The position numbers were made by a program, and so were the translations under genes. Of a DNA stretch of 64,000 bases, positions 48,388 through 57,109 are shown one piece after another (the first letter of the stretch is position 1; every line of letters begins with the position of its first letter). Source of the stretch: an uncultured Desulfarculus sp. (GTDB lineage: Bacteria > Desulfobacterota > Desulfarculia > Desulfarculales > Desulfarculaceae); contig CAXXUK010000001.1 in assembly GCA_963665125.2 (NCBI GenBank), positions 1,344,001 to 1,408,000 on the forward strand, written 5' to 3'. The notes beneath the pieces were generated by a model. It was not told the DNA's origin, did not search any database, and was given only the letters and a program-made list of their open reading frames with translations.

Positions 48388-50196
48388 ATGCAGCCATTAA
48401 CCCCTGATATGATCATGGTCATGGTGATGATTTCCATAGCGGTGTTCCTATTCATCGTGGAATGGGTCCGGGTGGACGTTGTCGCCATTTTGATGATGGT
48501 GAGCTTGCCGTTATTGAAGCTCGTCACGCCGTCGGAGGCCTTTTCGGGCCTTAGCAGCAACGCCGTGGTGTCGATCATAGCGGTCATCATCATCGGTGCG
48601 GGCCTGGACAAGACGGGCATCATCAACAAGCTGGTGGGGCCCATCCTGCGTCTGGCCGGCAACAGCCAATCGAGAATCATAATTTTCATTTCAATGACCG
48701 TGGCAGGCATCTCCAGCTTCATGCAAAACATCGGCGCCGCGGCCCTGTTCCTGCCCGCTGTCCAGCGTATCAGTAAAAATCTGAAGATACCCATCGGCAA
48801 GCTGTTGATGCCCATCGGCTTTTCGGCCATCTTGGGCGGTACGGTCACCCTGGTCGGTTCAAGCCCACTGATCCTTTTGAACGACCTGATGGCCCCCTTC
48901 AAGCTCAAGCCTTTCGGCCTGTTTGACGTCACCCCGGTGGGTCTGGCCCTGGTGGCCGCAGGCATCGCCTGCTTCGTCCTCCTGGGCCGCTTTATCCTGC
49001 CCAGCGGCAAGGCCGAGGACCAAAAGGAAGAAGCGAGCCAGGACGACGCCGAGGGCCGTCTGACCGAATACCTGGGCATGCCAACCGAGCTGATAACCCC
49101 CGAAGATTTCACCCATTACCGCGACCCGGTCACCATCGATTCCCTGCGCCGCCGTTACCTGGTCAAGGTCGTGGCCCTGACCGAGCCGCCCGATATCAAG
49201 GTCTTCAGCCCATCGGTGGACCGGGAAATCCGCTCCGGCGTGCATCTGGCGGTTTACGGCCGGGATAAAGACATCGAGCGTATGGCCAAAGAAGAAAACA
49301 TGCAGATTCTGCCCCAGCTCGATATCTTTAAGAATGAGCTTTCGGAACATGCCAGCGGAACCGTTGAGGCGGTCGTGGCCCCCCGTTCCTACCTGGAAGG
49401 CAAGACCCTCAACCAGGCCGACTTGGCCCACCGTTTCCGGGTCGTGCCCTTGGCCGTCTACCGCCAGGGAACCACCTACCGGGCCGAGCTGGGAGAACTG
49501 CCTCTGCGGGTTGGCGACGCTATCTTGCTGCACGGCACCTGGAAACGGCTCCAAACCCTGCACGACGAGGGCGGTCTGCTGTTTACATCGCCCATCGACG
49601 CCGAGCAGATGAGGCCCGACAAGGCCCTGTTCGCCGGTCTGTGGCTGGCCATAGCCCTGGTAATGGTCATCGTGTTCAACATCCAGCTCTCGGTGTGCCT
49701 GATGACCGGCGCACTGGGCATGGTCCTCACCAGGGTTCTTTCCATCGACGAGGCCTACAACGCGGTTGACTGGCGCACCGTGTTCCTGCTGGCCGGCCTG
49801 ATTCCCCTGGGCATCGCAACCGAAAAAACCGGCGCCGCCGCCTGGATAGCCCACACCGTTCTGGGGGCAATCGGTACGGTTGAACCCATAGTTTTGCTGG
49901 CGGTCATCGGCGTATTGTCCACCGTCTTCACCCTCGTTATCAGCAACGTGGGCGCGACAGTGCTGCTGGTGCCGCTGGTTGTCAACATGGCCCTTGCCGC
50001 CGGAGCCGACCCGCGCATGGCCGCCCTTGTGGTGGGTCTGGCAACCAGCAACTCCTTTATCCTGCCGACCCACCAGGTCAACGCCCTGTACATGGGACCG
50101 GGTCGCTACAGGAGCGTTGACTTCATGAAAGCGGGATCGCTGATGAGCGTAATCTTCCTGGTTGTCATGATCGCAATGCTTTATCTGTTCTACTAA
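48388..50196 (+). CDS. SLC13/DASS-type permease with central TrkA-C (RCK_C) domains
   Basis: RVDVVAI, AFSGLS, GGTVTLVGSS, soluble middle with PLRVGDAILLHG, VDWRTVFLLAG, PTHQVNAL. Start ATG 48388 or GTG 48382. Confidence 0.9.
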   Translation: MQPLTPDMIMVMVMISIAVFLFIVEWVRVDVVAILMMVSLPLLKLVTPSEAFSGLSSNAVVSIIAVIIIGAGLDKTGIINKLVGPILRLAGNSQSRIIIFISMTVAGISSFMQNIGAAALFLPAVQRISKNLKIPIGKLLMPIGFSAILGGTVTLVGSSPLILLNDLMAPFKLKPFGLFDVTPVGLALVAAGIACFVLLGRFILPSGKAEDQKEEASQDDAEGRLTEYLGMPTELITPEDFTHYRDPVTIDSLRRRYLVKVVALTEPPDIKVFSPSVDREIRSGVHLAVYGRDKDIERMAKEENMQILPQLDIFKNELSEHASGTVEAVVAPRSYLEGKTLNQADLAHRFRVVPLAVYRQGTTYRAELGELPLRVGDAILLHGTWKRLQTLHDEGGLLFTSPIDAEQMRPDKALFAGLWLAIALVMVIVFNIQLSVCLMTGALGMVLTRVLSIDEAYNAVDWRTVFLLAGLIPLGIATEKTGAAAWIAHTVLGAIGTVEPIVLLAVIGVLSTVFTLVISNVGATVLLVPLVVNMALAAGADPRMAALVVGLATSNSFILPTHQVNALYMGPGRYRSVDFMKAGSLMSVIFLVVMIAMLYLFY

Positions 50197-50215
50197 CAGA
50201 CCGGAGGGCTTGAAA

Positions 50216-51031
50216 ATGGCCATAGTCACGATTTCAAGAGGTTCCTACAGCAAGGGGCGCGAGGTTGCCCACAAAACCGCCCAACGCCTGGGCTACGAAG
50301 TGCTGAGCAGGGACGTCCTGGTGGAAGCCGCTGGTTTCTACAACATTCCGGAGGTCAAACTGGTGCGGGCGATTCACAACGCCCCGTCCATCCTGGAGCG
50401 TTTCACCCTGGGCAAGCAATCGTTTCTGGCCTGCGTGCGCAGCACCCTGGCCAACCGGGCCCTGGCCGACAACCTCGTCTACCACGGTTTGGCCGGCCAC
50501 TTGCTGCTGCGCGGCATATCCCATGTGGTCAACGTGAGGATCATAGCCGACATCGAATCCAGGGTCGCCGAAGAGATGCAACGTGAAAACATCGACCACG
50601 CCGCGGCGCTGGCCATAATCGAAAAAGACGACAACGAGCGCCGCAAGTGGACCCAGAGCCTCTACGGCGTGGACCCCTGGGATCCATCGCTGTACGACGT
50701 GATTATCAACATCAAAAACCTCACGGTGGACGACGCGGTGGACCTGGTTATCGAAACGGTAGGCCGCGACTGTTTCGATACTACCCCCGAATCTCAGCAG
50801 GCCATGGCCGACCTGTCATTGGCATGCAGCATCAAGGCGGCCCTGGTCGTGGAGGAAAACCTTGACGTTGCCGTAACCAGCGACTACGGCAATGTGCTGG
50901 TCTACACCAAGCTCGGCCAGCGGCAAACAAACCGCTTGTTGGAAAAAGTTCAGAACCTGCGGGGCCAGATCAGGGGAATAAACAATATCGAGGTGCGTAC
51001 AGGAGTGCCCTATCCGCCTTCTGCGGTTTGA
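50216..51031 (+). CDS. Cytidylate kinase-like family protein with C-terminal BON-like domain
   Basis: IVTISRGSYSKGREVA, GLAGHLLL, DDNERRKW, DPSLYDVIIN. Confidence 0.85.
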   Translation: MAIVTISRGSYSKGREVAHKTAQRLGYEVLSRDVLVEAAGFYNIPEVKLVRAIHNAPSILERFTLGKQSFLACVRSTLANRALADNLVYHGLAGHLLLRGISHVVNVRIIADIESRVAEEMQRENIDHAAALAIIEKDDNERRKWTQSLYGVDPWDPSLYDVIINIKNLTVDDAVDLVIETVGRDCFDTTPESQQAMADLSLACSIKAALVVEENLDVAVTSDYGNVLVYTKLGQRQTNRLLEKVQNLRGQIRGINNIEVRTGVPYPPSAV

Positions 51032-51068
51032 TAAGGCACCCTATCCATTCCATAGAGGAGGACAAGAC

Positions 51069-51893
51069 ATGCCAGTGATTGCAATTTCAGCCGATTCCGT
51101 GGAAACGGGCCAGGAAATAAGCCAAAAGGTGGCTCAGACCCTGGGTTGGGCACACCTGGGCCGAGAGATACTGTCCAGTCTGGCCATGTCCCAAAACATA
51201 CCCGAAAGCGAACTGATAAAGGCCTTTGATGAGACTCCCGGTTTTTTCGGCATGAGAAGCCGCCGCAGAAAGCGCCTGGTCAATCTGATTCAAACAGCTT
51301 GCCTGGAAAAACTCCTGGATGACAACGTTGTCTGCTTTGGCTTGGGGGCTCACCTCTATGTCAAAGGCGTTTCCCATGCCATAAGGGTCAGAATCATCAC
51401 CGGCCACCAAAACAGGGCGGAGCAGCTCAGCAAGGCGGAAAACATGCCCGTCGAGCGGGCCGCCAAGCTGCTTGGCCGCCGGGATGAGCTCCAAAAGCGC
51501 TGGTCTCTGGACTGTTTCAATGCCGATGAAACCGATCCGGCCAACTATGACATGATCATCAACCTCGACACCATCGAACCTCAAAACGCCGTGGACCTCA
51601 TCTGCGAGACCGCGGGATACCCGCGTTTCCAGGCCATGAACTACTCTCGCAAGTGTCTGAGGGACAAGGCCCTGGCCAGCCGGGTCCACCAGGAACTCGT
51701 GGAGCGTTTTCCGGAAATACGCATCGCTGCCAACGACGGCACGGTGGTGGCCCAGGTCAAGTCGCTCAAGCGCGAACAACGGCGCAAGCAGAAGATCGTG
51801 CGTGAAATCGCCGAGCAGGTTCCCGGCGTTGATTTCGTTGAAGTGCATATCATCAGCGACTATTTCGGCCAGGCTGCCGAAAGCGGAAAGTAG
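51069..51893 (+). CDS. Second cytidylate kinase-like protein with BON-like domain
   Basis: VIAISADSVETGQEIS, GLGAHLY, DPANYDMIIN, ANDGTV...QVPGVDFVEV. Confidence 0.83.
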   Translation: MPVIAISADSVETGQEISQKVAQTLGWAHLGREILSSLAMSQNIPESELIKAFDETPGFFGMRSRRRKRLVNLIQTACLEKLLDDNVVCFGLGAHLYVKGVSHAIRVRIITGHQNRAEQLSKAENMPVERAAKLLGRRDELQKRWSLDCFNADETDPANYDMIINLDTIEPQNAVDLICETAGYPRFQAMNYSRKCLRDKALASRVHQELVERFPEIRIAANDGTVVAQVKSLKREQRRKQKIVREIAEQVPGVDFVEVHIISDYFGQAAESGK

Positions 51894-51946
51894 CGGCGGT
51901 TGAGAAACAGGCCTTAATGGCTTCAGAATAGTTTAAGGAGGTCAAA

Positions 51947-52366
51947 ATGTCAGACCATTTGGAAGTGTTGCTTCTGGACGATGAGTCCATCGTGGGCCGC
52001 CGTTTAAAGCCTGCTCTGGCTAAGATCGGCTGTGAAGTTGAAGTCTTTGAAAATCCGGAGGAGGCCCTGGCCCGCCTTCAGAAAAAGGAATTTCCAATAG
52101 TCGTCACGGACATCCGCATGGACGAGATCGACGGCATCCAGGTCTTGGAATTCGTGCGCGAAAGATGGCCAAAGACCAAGGTCATCATGATCACCGGATA
52201 CGCCATGATGTCGCTTGCCCGGGAGGCCATGGAAAAAGGCGCCTTTGATTTTATCGCCAAGCCGTTCAAGCCCGATGACCTGCGCAAGGTTATCGCCGAG
52301 GCGGCCAAGGCTCTGGGCTATAATCTTGATTTTGAAAGCGCGTCAAACGACCTGAACAACCAATGA
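51947..52366 (+). CDS. Stand-alone receiver-domain response regulator
   Basis: LLLDDE, VTDIRM, MITGY, AKPF; AAGGAGG RBS. Confidence 0.9.
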   Translation: MSDHLEVLLLDDESIVGRRLKPALAKIGCEVEVFENPEEALARLQKKEFPIVVTDIRMDEIDGIQVLEFVRERWPKTKVIMITGYAMMSLAREAMEKGAFDFIAKPFKPDDLRKVIAEAAKALGYNLDFESASNDLNNQ

Positions 52367-52377
52367 GTTGAAGGCTT

Positions 52378-53964
52378 ATGAACGGCACCGAAGTCAGAGA
52401 TAACACAACAGCGTCCATAGACAGCGAAGCCCAGGTGAACACGGGGAAAAGCTTTTCCCAGAATGCCGAGATGGCTCGCAAGGCGCTGATGGACAGGCCG
52501 GCGTTCACCTTGCGCCTGCACATTTATCTGGGGTTCCTTTTGGCCTTTCTATGCGCGCTTGGCATCGCCGTCGCTTTGGTGCTGAGCTTCCAGCGCATGG
52601 AAAGCTCCACCCGTTTTCTGGAAATCGTCAACGATTACGTGGTTGAAGTGGAGCAGGCCCGGCGTTACGAGAAAAACTATTTCCTGTACGGAACCAACCT
52701 CAACGACTCCCTGGACAGCGTAAACAGGGCCGAAAACATTCTCAACCGTAATGCCGAGGAACTGCGCAATATCCTGGGCCCCGCTTGGGGCGCGGCCATG
52801 CTGCCCAACCTGCATCAGTACCAGATGCTCTTGGAGCAGCTAAGCGAACTGGAGCATGCCGACAAGAAGTCGGCCTCCCAGGCCTTGAAAAAGCATGTCC
52901 GCGAGCAGGGTCAGCTCATGGTTTCGGCGGCGCAGACGCTGCTGGGCAAAGAGAAGAATTCCCTTGCCCAATCCCTGATTTTATCCCGGCGCATTTTGAT
53001 GACCTCGCTGGGCCTGCTGTTGATATTGCTGTTGGTCAACGCGTATTTCATCGGCAGCCGCATGCTCAGCGCCATCAAGCGGTTCAGCGAATATGCCCAC
53101 CGCATTGCCGCCGGTGACTTCACGCCCATTGCACCCACCCGAAGTTACAAGGACGAATTCACCAAACTGGCCGTGGCCATCAACTACATGATCGCCGAAC
53201 TGGAGCAACGCGAAGCCGTATTGATCCAGTCGCACAAAATGCGCGCGGTGGGCACACTGACCGCCGGCGTGGCCCATGAGCTAAACAACCCGCTCAACAA
53301 CATCACCCTGACGGCGCATGTCCTTCAGGAGGATTATGAAAACATCGATGACCAGGAACGCATGGAAATGATCGGCGATGTTGTCAGCGAGGCCAGCAGG
53401 GCCAAAACCATCATCAGCAACTTGCTGGACTTTGCCCGGGAGAGCAGTGCGCGGATAGAGCCCCTGGATCTGGCCATATTATTGAAGGAAACCATCAGCC
53501 TCGCGGCAAACCAGATCAAGCTTTCGGGCATACACATAGCCTATCAGGCCACCAAAAACCTGCCCAAGATTCACGGCGACAGGCAGCAGTTGATCCAGGT
53601 GTTTCTGAACCTTTTGCTGAACGCCATCGACGCCTCGGAAAAAAAAGGAACCATCCAGGTCCTGGCCCTTCCGGCGGATGAGCCGAACTTCGTGGCTGTG
53701 AAAATCATTGATTTCGGCAAGGGCATTCCAAAACACATTATCCAGTCGATCTTCGACCCGTTCTTCACCACCAAGGAACGTGGCAAGGGTACGGGATTGG
53801 GGCTGAGCGTGTCCGAGGGTATCGTAGCCAAACACGGAGGGCGCATTCTGGTTGACAGCCGGGAAGGCAAAGGCACTTCTTTCACCGTTGTTTTACCGGT
53901 TACCACCATTCCGGCCGATATTTCGGCGGAACTTGCCCAGGAAGCGGTCATGGCCGGAAAATAG
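52378..53964 (+). CDS. HAMP-containing membrane sensor histidine kinase
   Basis: Two TM segments, HAMP, AHELNNPL, NLLLNA, DFGKGI, FDPFFTTK, GTGLGL. Confidence 0.93.
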   Translation: MNGTEVRDNTTASIDSEAQVNTGKSFSQNAEMARKALMDRPAFTLRLHIYLGFLLAFLCALGIAVALVLSFQRMESSTRFLEIVNDYVVEVEQARRYEKNYFLYGTNLNDSLDSVNRAENILNRNAEELRNILGPAWGAAMLPNLHQYQMLLEQLSELEHADKKSASQALKKHVREQGQLMVSAAQTLLGKEKNSLAQSLILSRRILMTSLGLLLILLLVNAYFIGSRMLSAIKRFSEYAHRIAAGDFTPIAPTRSYKDEFTKLAVAINYMIAELEQREAVLIQSHKMRAVGTLTAGVAHELNNPLNNITLTAHVLQEDYENIDDQERMEMIGDVVSEASRAKTIISNLLDFARESSARIEPLDLAILLKETISLAANQIKLSGIHIAYQATKNLPKIHGDRQQLIQVFLNLLLNAIDASEKKGTIQVLALPADEPNFVAVKIIDFGKGIPKHIIQSIFDPFFTTKERGKGTGLGLSVSEGIVAKHGGRILVDSREGKGTSFTVVLPVTTIPADISAELAQEAVMAGK

Positions 53965-54062
53965 CCAACCAATTGAGGCCGCGCCACGGCTCCGAAAAAA
54001 ACTTCACCGGCTGAAATTTTAGGCAATCACGGAGTCCAATGATTTAAAATTGATAAAAGGAA

Positions 54063-54117
54063 TGGGGCCGATCGATCCGGCATAATCGATCGGCCCCAGG
54101 GCCCTTGGGAAAGGCCC
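54063..54117. terminator. Stem-loops between the convergent operons
   Basis: 14-bp stem TGGGGCCGATCGAT/ATCGATCGGCCCCA plus a short second hairpin. Confidence 0.65.
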
Positions 54118-54130
54118 AGATGGGGATGGA

Positions 54131-55495
54131 TCAGAGACTGAACATGAAGATCATGTCCAATTGCAAACGGTCTTCGCTATTGCTCGGGCCTTCCTTGGTA
54201 TCCGTCTGGAACCAGCTGAGTCGCAGCTGCCAGGGATCATAAAGCTGGTAGCGGCCCTGGACCTTGTAGCCTTTGCGGTTTGTTCCGTAGAAATCACCAT
54301 CGGTAACCGCGCCGACCAAGGCGTCGGGATCAATCTCGGCATACTTGAAGTAAATAGCCCAGTCGCCCTTCTTCTTGGCCTTGCCCAACATGAAACCGGT
54401 GGACCAGGCAGTGTCGTCGCCATCAGGCAACCCACCGGCGGTATTGACGATGTAGTCGAACCAAAACTCAAGAGGCACACCATAGGGCTTGAACTTGATG
54501 AAGGTAATCGCCTCGGCCAGCTTGTACTCGTAGAGGTAATTGCCGTCAGCCCCCACACTGTTGCCCGCGCTGGTGCCCTCAATCCGGCTCATCTGGCTCA
54601 TCTCGAGGTTGTTCCAGTCATAGTAACTGCCGGCCAGGGTCCAGCTAATATCGGACGGCAGCTTCAGTGTGGCGCCCGCCTGCCAAAGCAGCAGATACGC
54701 GTCATCGGTCTTGTTGTTTTCGCTAACGGCCATCTGACCGAATTGGAAGAACGGCTTGAAATTACCCCAACCGCTGTATTCGTACTTCTCATAGATGCCT
54801 TCGGGGTTCACGTCCGGGTCCCACATGATGTCCGTGTGCAAAAACGTATTCTTGAACTTGCCGGCGGTGATCTCCAGGCCGTCAAGCCACTTGGGCTTGT
54901 ATGTGGCGTAGATGCGGCCGATGAACACGTCCTTGTTGTTGAACTCGTCGTCCAGGGTCTGGTTTGACGTCCGTCCGGGCTGCCAGGCGCGGCTGCTGGA
55001 GCCGTTATCAAACCAACTGCCGCTGCTGGTGGTGAGCATGGAGTGCATGCTCAGTTCATCGGTGACCTTGTAGCCGCCGAAGATACGCCAACGAATGCGG
55101 AAACGGTTGCGGTCGTCAATATCCTTGCCGCCGGAATCACGATTATAGAGCCCTTCGTAGCGTAGCCTCAAGTCCGTGGAAAAACTGAACTTGTCTCCCA
55201 ACAGATCCTTGATTGATTCCGCCGGCGTAGGCTTCTTGGTTTCCTGGGCCACCTTGGCTATGGTGTCCTGGTTCTCTTTGGCGGTCTTGCCTTGCTCCGC
55301 CAACTCCAGCTTAAGCCGCTTGATCTCGGCATCCTGCTCATTCAGCAGTTTTTGCTGAGCTTCAACGGTCGAAGATAATTTTTCCAACTTATCCAGCACT
55401 TGGTCGAGCGTCGACGCGTTTGCCGGTGAAGTCGATAGCAGTAGGGCCAAAAACAGGCCCAGAGTCGTATACAGTGACCAGCGAGATAACTTCAT
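54131..55495 (-). CDS. Putative porin (Porin_5/ExtI-like) with N-terminal coiled coil
   Basis: Signal peptide, coiled coil, DLRLRYE...RNRFRIRWR, WDPDVNPEG, GTNRKG, RLQLDMIF. Confidence 0.8.
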   Translation of the reverse strand: MKLSRWSLYTTLGLFLALLLSTSPANASTLDQVLDKLEKLSSTVEAQQKLLNEQDAEIKRLKLELAEQGKTAKENQDTIAKVAQETKKPTPAESIKDLLGDKFSFSTDLRLRYEGLYNRDSGGKDIDDRNRFRIRWRIFGGYKVTDELSMHSMLTTSSGSWFDNGSSSRAWQPGRTSNQTLDDEFNNKDVFIGRIYATYKPKWLDGLEITAGKFKNTFLHTDIMWDPDVNPEGIYEKYEYSGWGNFKPFFQFGQMAVSENNKTDDAYLLLWQAGATLKLPSDISWTLAGSYYDWNNLEMSQMSRIEGTSAGNSVGADGNYLYEYKLAEAITFIKFKPYGVPLEFWFDYIVNTAGGLPDGDDTAWSTGFMLGKAKKKGDWAIYFKYAEIDPDALVGAVTDGDFYGTNRKGYKVQGRYQLYDPWQLRLSWFQTDTKEGPSNSEDRLQLDMIFMFSL

Positions 55496-55682
55496 GCAGC
55501 CAATCCTTTACATGCTTTGGCGTTTACTCACGCCGATGATAAACACAGCTCTCACATGGAAACGGTCACTTTGCCGCCTAGGTTACAGCGGCTCTTGGTC
55601 AAGCAAAATAGGCTCAATCCCCTATTTGCCTCCCGTGAACACCTCATTTTGCTCGGTCCGGTTCAGTCCGGACCCATTCATT

Positions 55683-55886
55683 TCACGCATCATCCAGCGA
55701 CGGCCAGCGGGCAAAAGAAAACCACCAGATCGCCCCCAGGTTGATCCCCGGAATAACAATCAACAGGGACCACCAGCGACTGATCCCCGCTTTTTGCAAA
55801 ATGCGACCGGTTACCCAAAGCCCCACCAGGACCAGGGCGGCCAGAAGCAAAAGAGTGGTATCATTGAGTGGCACCGGAGTTTGCAT
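55683..55886 (-). CDS. Small membrane protein (67 aa), paralog B
   Basis: MQTPVPLND...RILQKAGISRWWSLLIVIPGINL...FARWP; its ATG overlaps the upstream TAA (TAATG). Confidence 0.72.
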   Translation of the reverse strand: MQTPVPLNDTTLLLLAALVLVGLWVTGRILQKAGISRWWSLLIVIPGINLGAIWWFSFARWPSLDDA

Positions 55887-56092
55887 TATCGCCTCTCCCT
55901 GCTTGCTACGAAGATCGGCCATCTCCTGAAGGCCAGAATTATGCTGAGGGCCAGATAGCCCCCATAGGGCACAAAAACCAACAGCCCCAAGGCGGCAGGC
56001 AATCCGGCCCTGGTGCAGATGCGCCAAGCCGGAATTACCAATAACAACGCCAAGGCAAACTGTCTGTAAAGCTCCTGAGTGATCGTTTCCAT
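55886..56092 (-). CDS. Small membrane protein (68 aa), paralog A
   Basis: METITQ...WRICTRAGLPAALGLLVFVPYGG...AFRRWP. Confidence 0.72.
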   Translation of the reverse strand: METITQELYRQFALALLLVIPAWRICTRAGLPAALGLLVFVPYGGYLALSIILAFRRWPIFVASRERR

Positions 56093-56110
56093 GTCGCTTC
56101 CGCTTTGCCG

Positions 56111-56154
56111 GGCCGGTCCGCCTTAGACCTGGCGATTGGTCAGGCGGACCGGCC
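56111..56154. other. Intra-operon stem-loop
   Basis: 13-bp stem GGCCGGTCCGCCT/AGGCGGACCGGCC, no U-tract. Confidence 0.55.
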
Positions 56155-56169
56155 GTAGGCTTGGGGTGA

Positions 56170-57078
56170 CTATTTCTGCATCAGGCGGGCCATTTCAAAG
56201 AACAGATCCTGCTCCCTGATCACGCCCACCACCTGATCGTCCTGGTAGACAATCAATCTGCGTTCGTCGTATTTAATGAGCAGATACGCCGCCTCCAACA
56301 AGGACGAGTCAGCCCGGACCTTGGGAGGCGTGGGGCTCATCAGTTCCCCGATAGGATACTTGGCGAGCTTGCGTACTTCATTGGTAAACATTCCCGCCCA
56401 GAACATCGGTGAGTACTGGATCGAATCCGCGGTTGAAGGTTTGGGTGCGCTGAGGTACTGCGGCATGATGGCTTCCAGAAGGTCAGAGATGACCAAAAGG
56501 CCCAATATCTGGCCGTTGGCTCCCTGGACCAACACGGAGCTGTGGCTCGTTTCCATGACGCTATCGCCAACCGGGTGCCGCGTAACCGAATTACGCAGGG
56601 CCTCGACGGCATCGGCAACCGTGGCGTCCGACCCCAGGGTGGTGTAGACATCCAACGGAATCATCAGATCGCGAACCAGGCTCTCGGATACTCCGCCAGC
56701 GGTTTTCATTTCCGAACGGTGGGCTTCCTTTATCTTGGAAGCCAACAGGTCGATGTCGCAGGGTTTGGCCAGGAAGTCAAAGGCCCCCTCCTTCAGCGCC
56801 TGCTCGGCCGCCGGCCCCGATCCATGGCCCGTGAGCATGATCACCGGTACATCGGATGTGATTTGTTTAATTTCCCGCAGGGCCTCGAGGCCATCCATGC
56901 CCGGCATCCTGATGTCCAGGATGATTACGTCGGGGTTAAGTTTGGCCTTCTGAAGGGCCTCCCGGCCATCGGCCGCCAATAGCACCTCAAAGCCGCGGCG
57001 GGACAGTACCTTTTCGGTGGTCGCGCGAAACTGGGCTTCGTCGTCAACCAGAAGGACTTTTATTCGACTATTTGCCAT
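56170..57078 (-). CDS. Response regulator with C-terminal CBS pair (REC-CBS)
   Basis: LLVDDE, LDIRMPG, LTGHG, AKP; then VRDLMIP...IGELM...RRLIV...VVGVIREQDL. Confidence 0.9.
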   Translation of the reverse strand: MANSRIKVLLVDDEAQFRATTEKVLSRRGFEVLLAADGREALQKAKLNPDVIILDIRMPGMDGLEALREIKQITSDVPVIMLTGHGSGPAAEQALKEGAFDFLAKPCDIDLLASKIKEAHRSEMKTAGGVSESLVRDLMIPLDVYTTLGSDATVADAVEALRNSVTRHPVGDSVMETSHSSVLVQGANGQILGLLVISDLLEAIMPQYLSAPKPSTADSIQYSPMFWAGMFTNEVRKLAKYPIGELMSPTPPKVRADSSLLEAAYLLIKYDERRLIVYQDDQVVGVIREQDLFFEMARLMQK

Positions 57079-57109
57079 TTGCCTCTCCTTGTGCCACGTC
57101 CGAGGGCCA

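Noticed and set aside
10307..56154. Intergenic hairpins as a REP/MITE family or CRISPR repeats
   Set aside because: The hairpins share no sequence and are not regularly spaced; they fit ordinary terminators or mRNA stabilisers.
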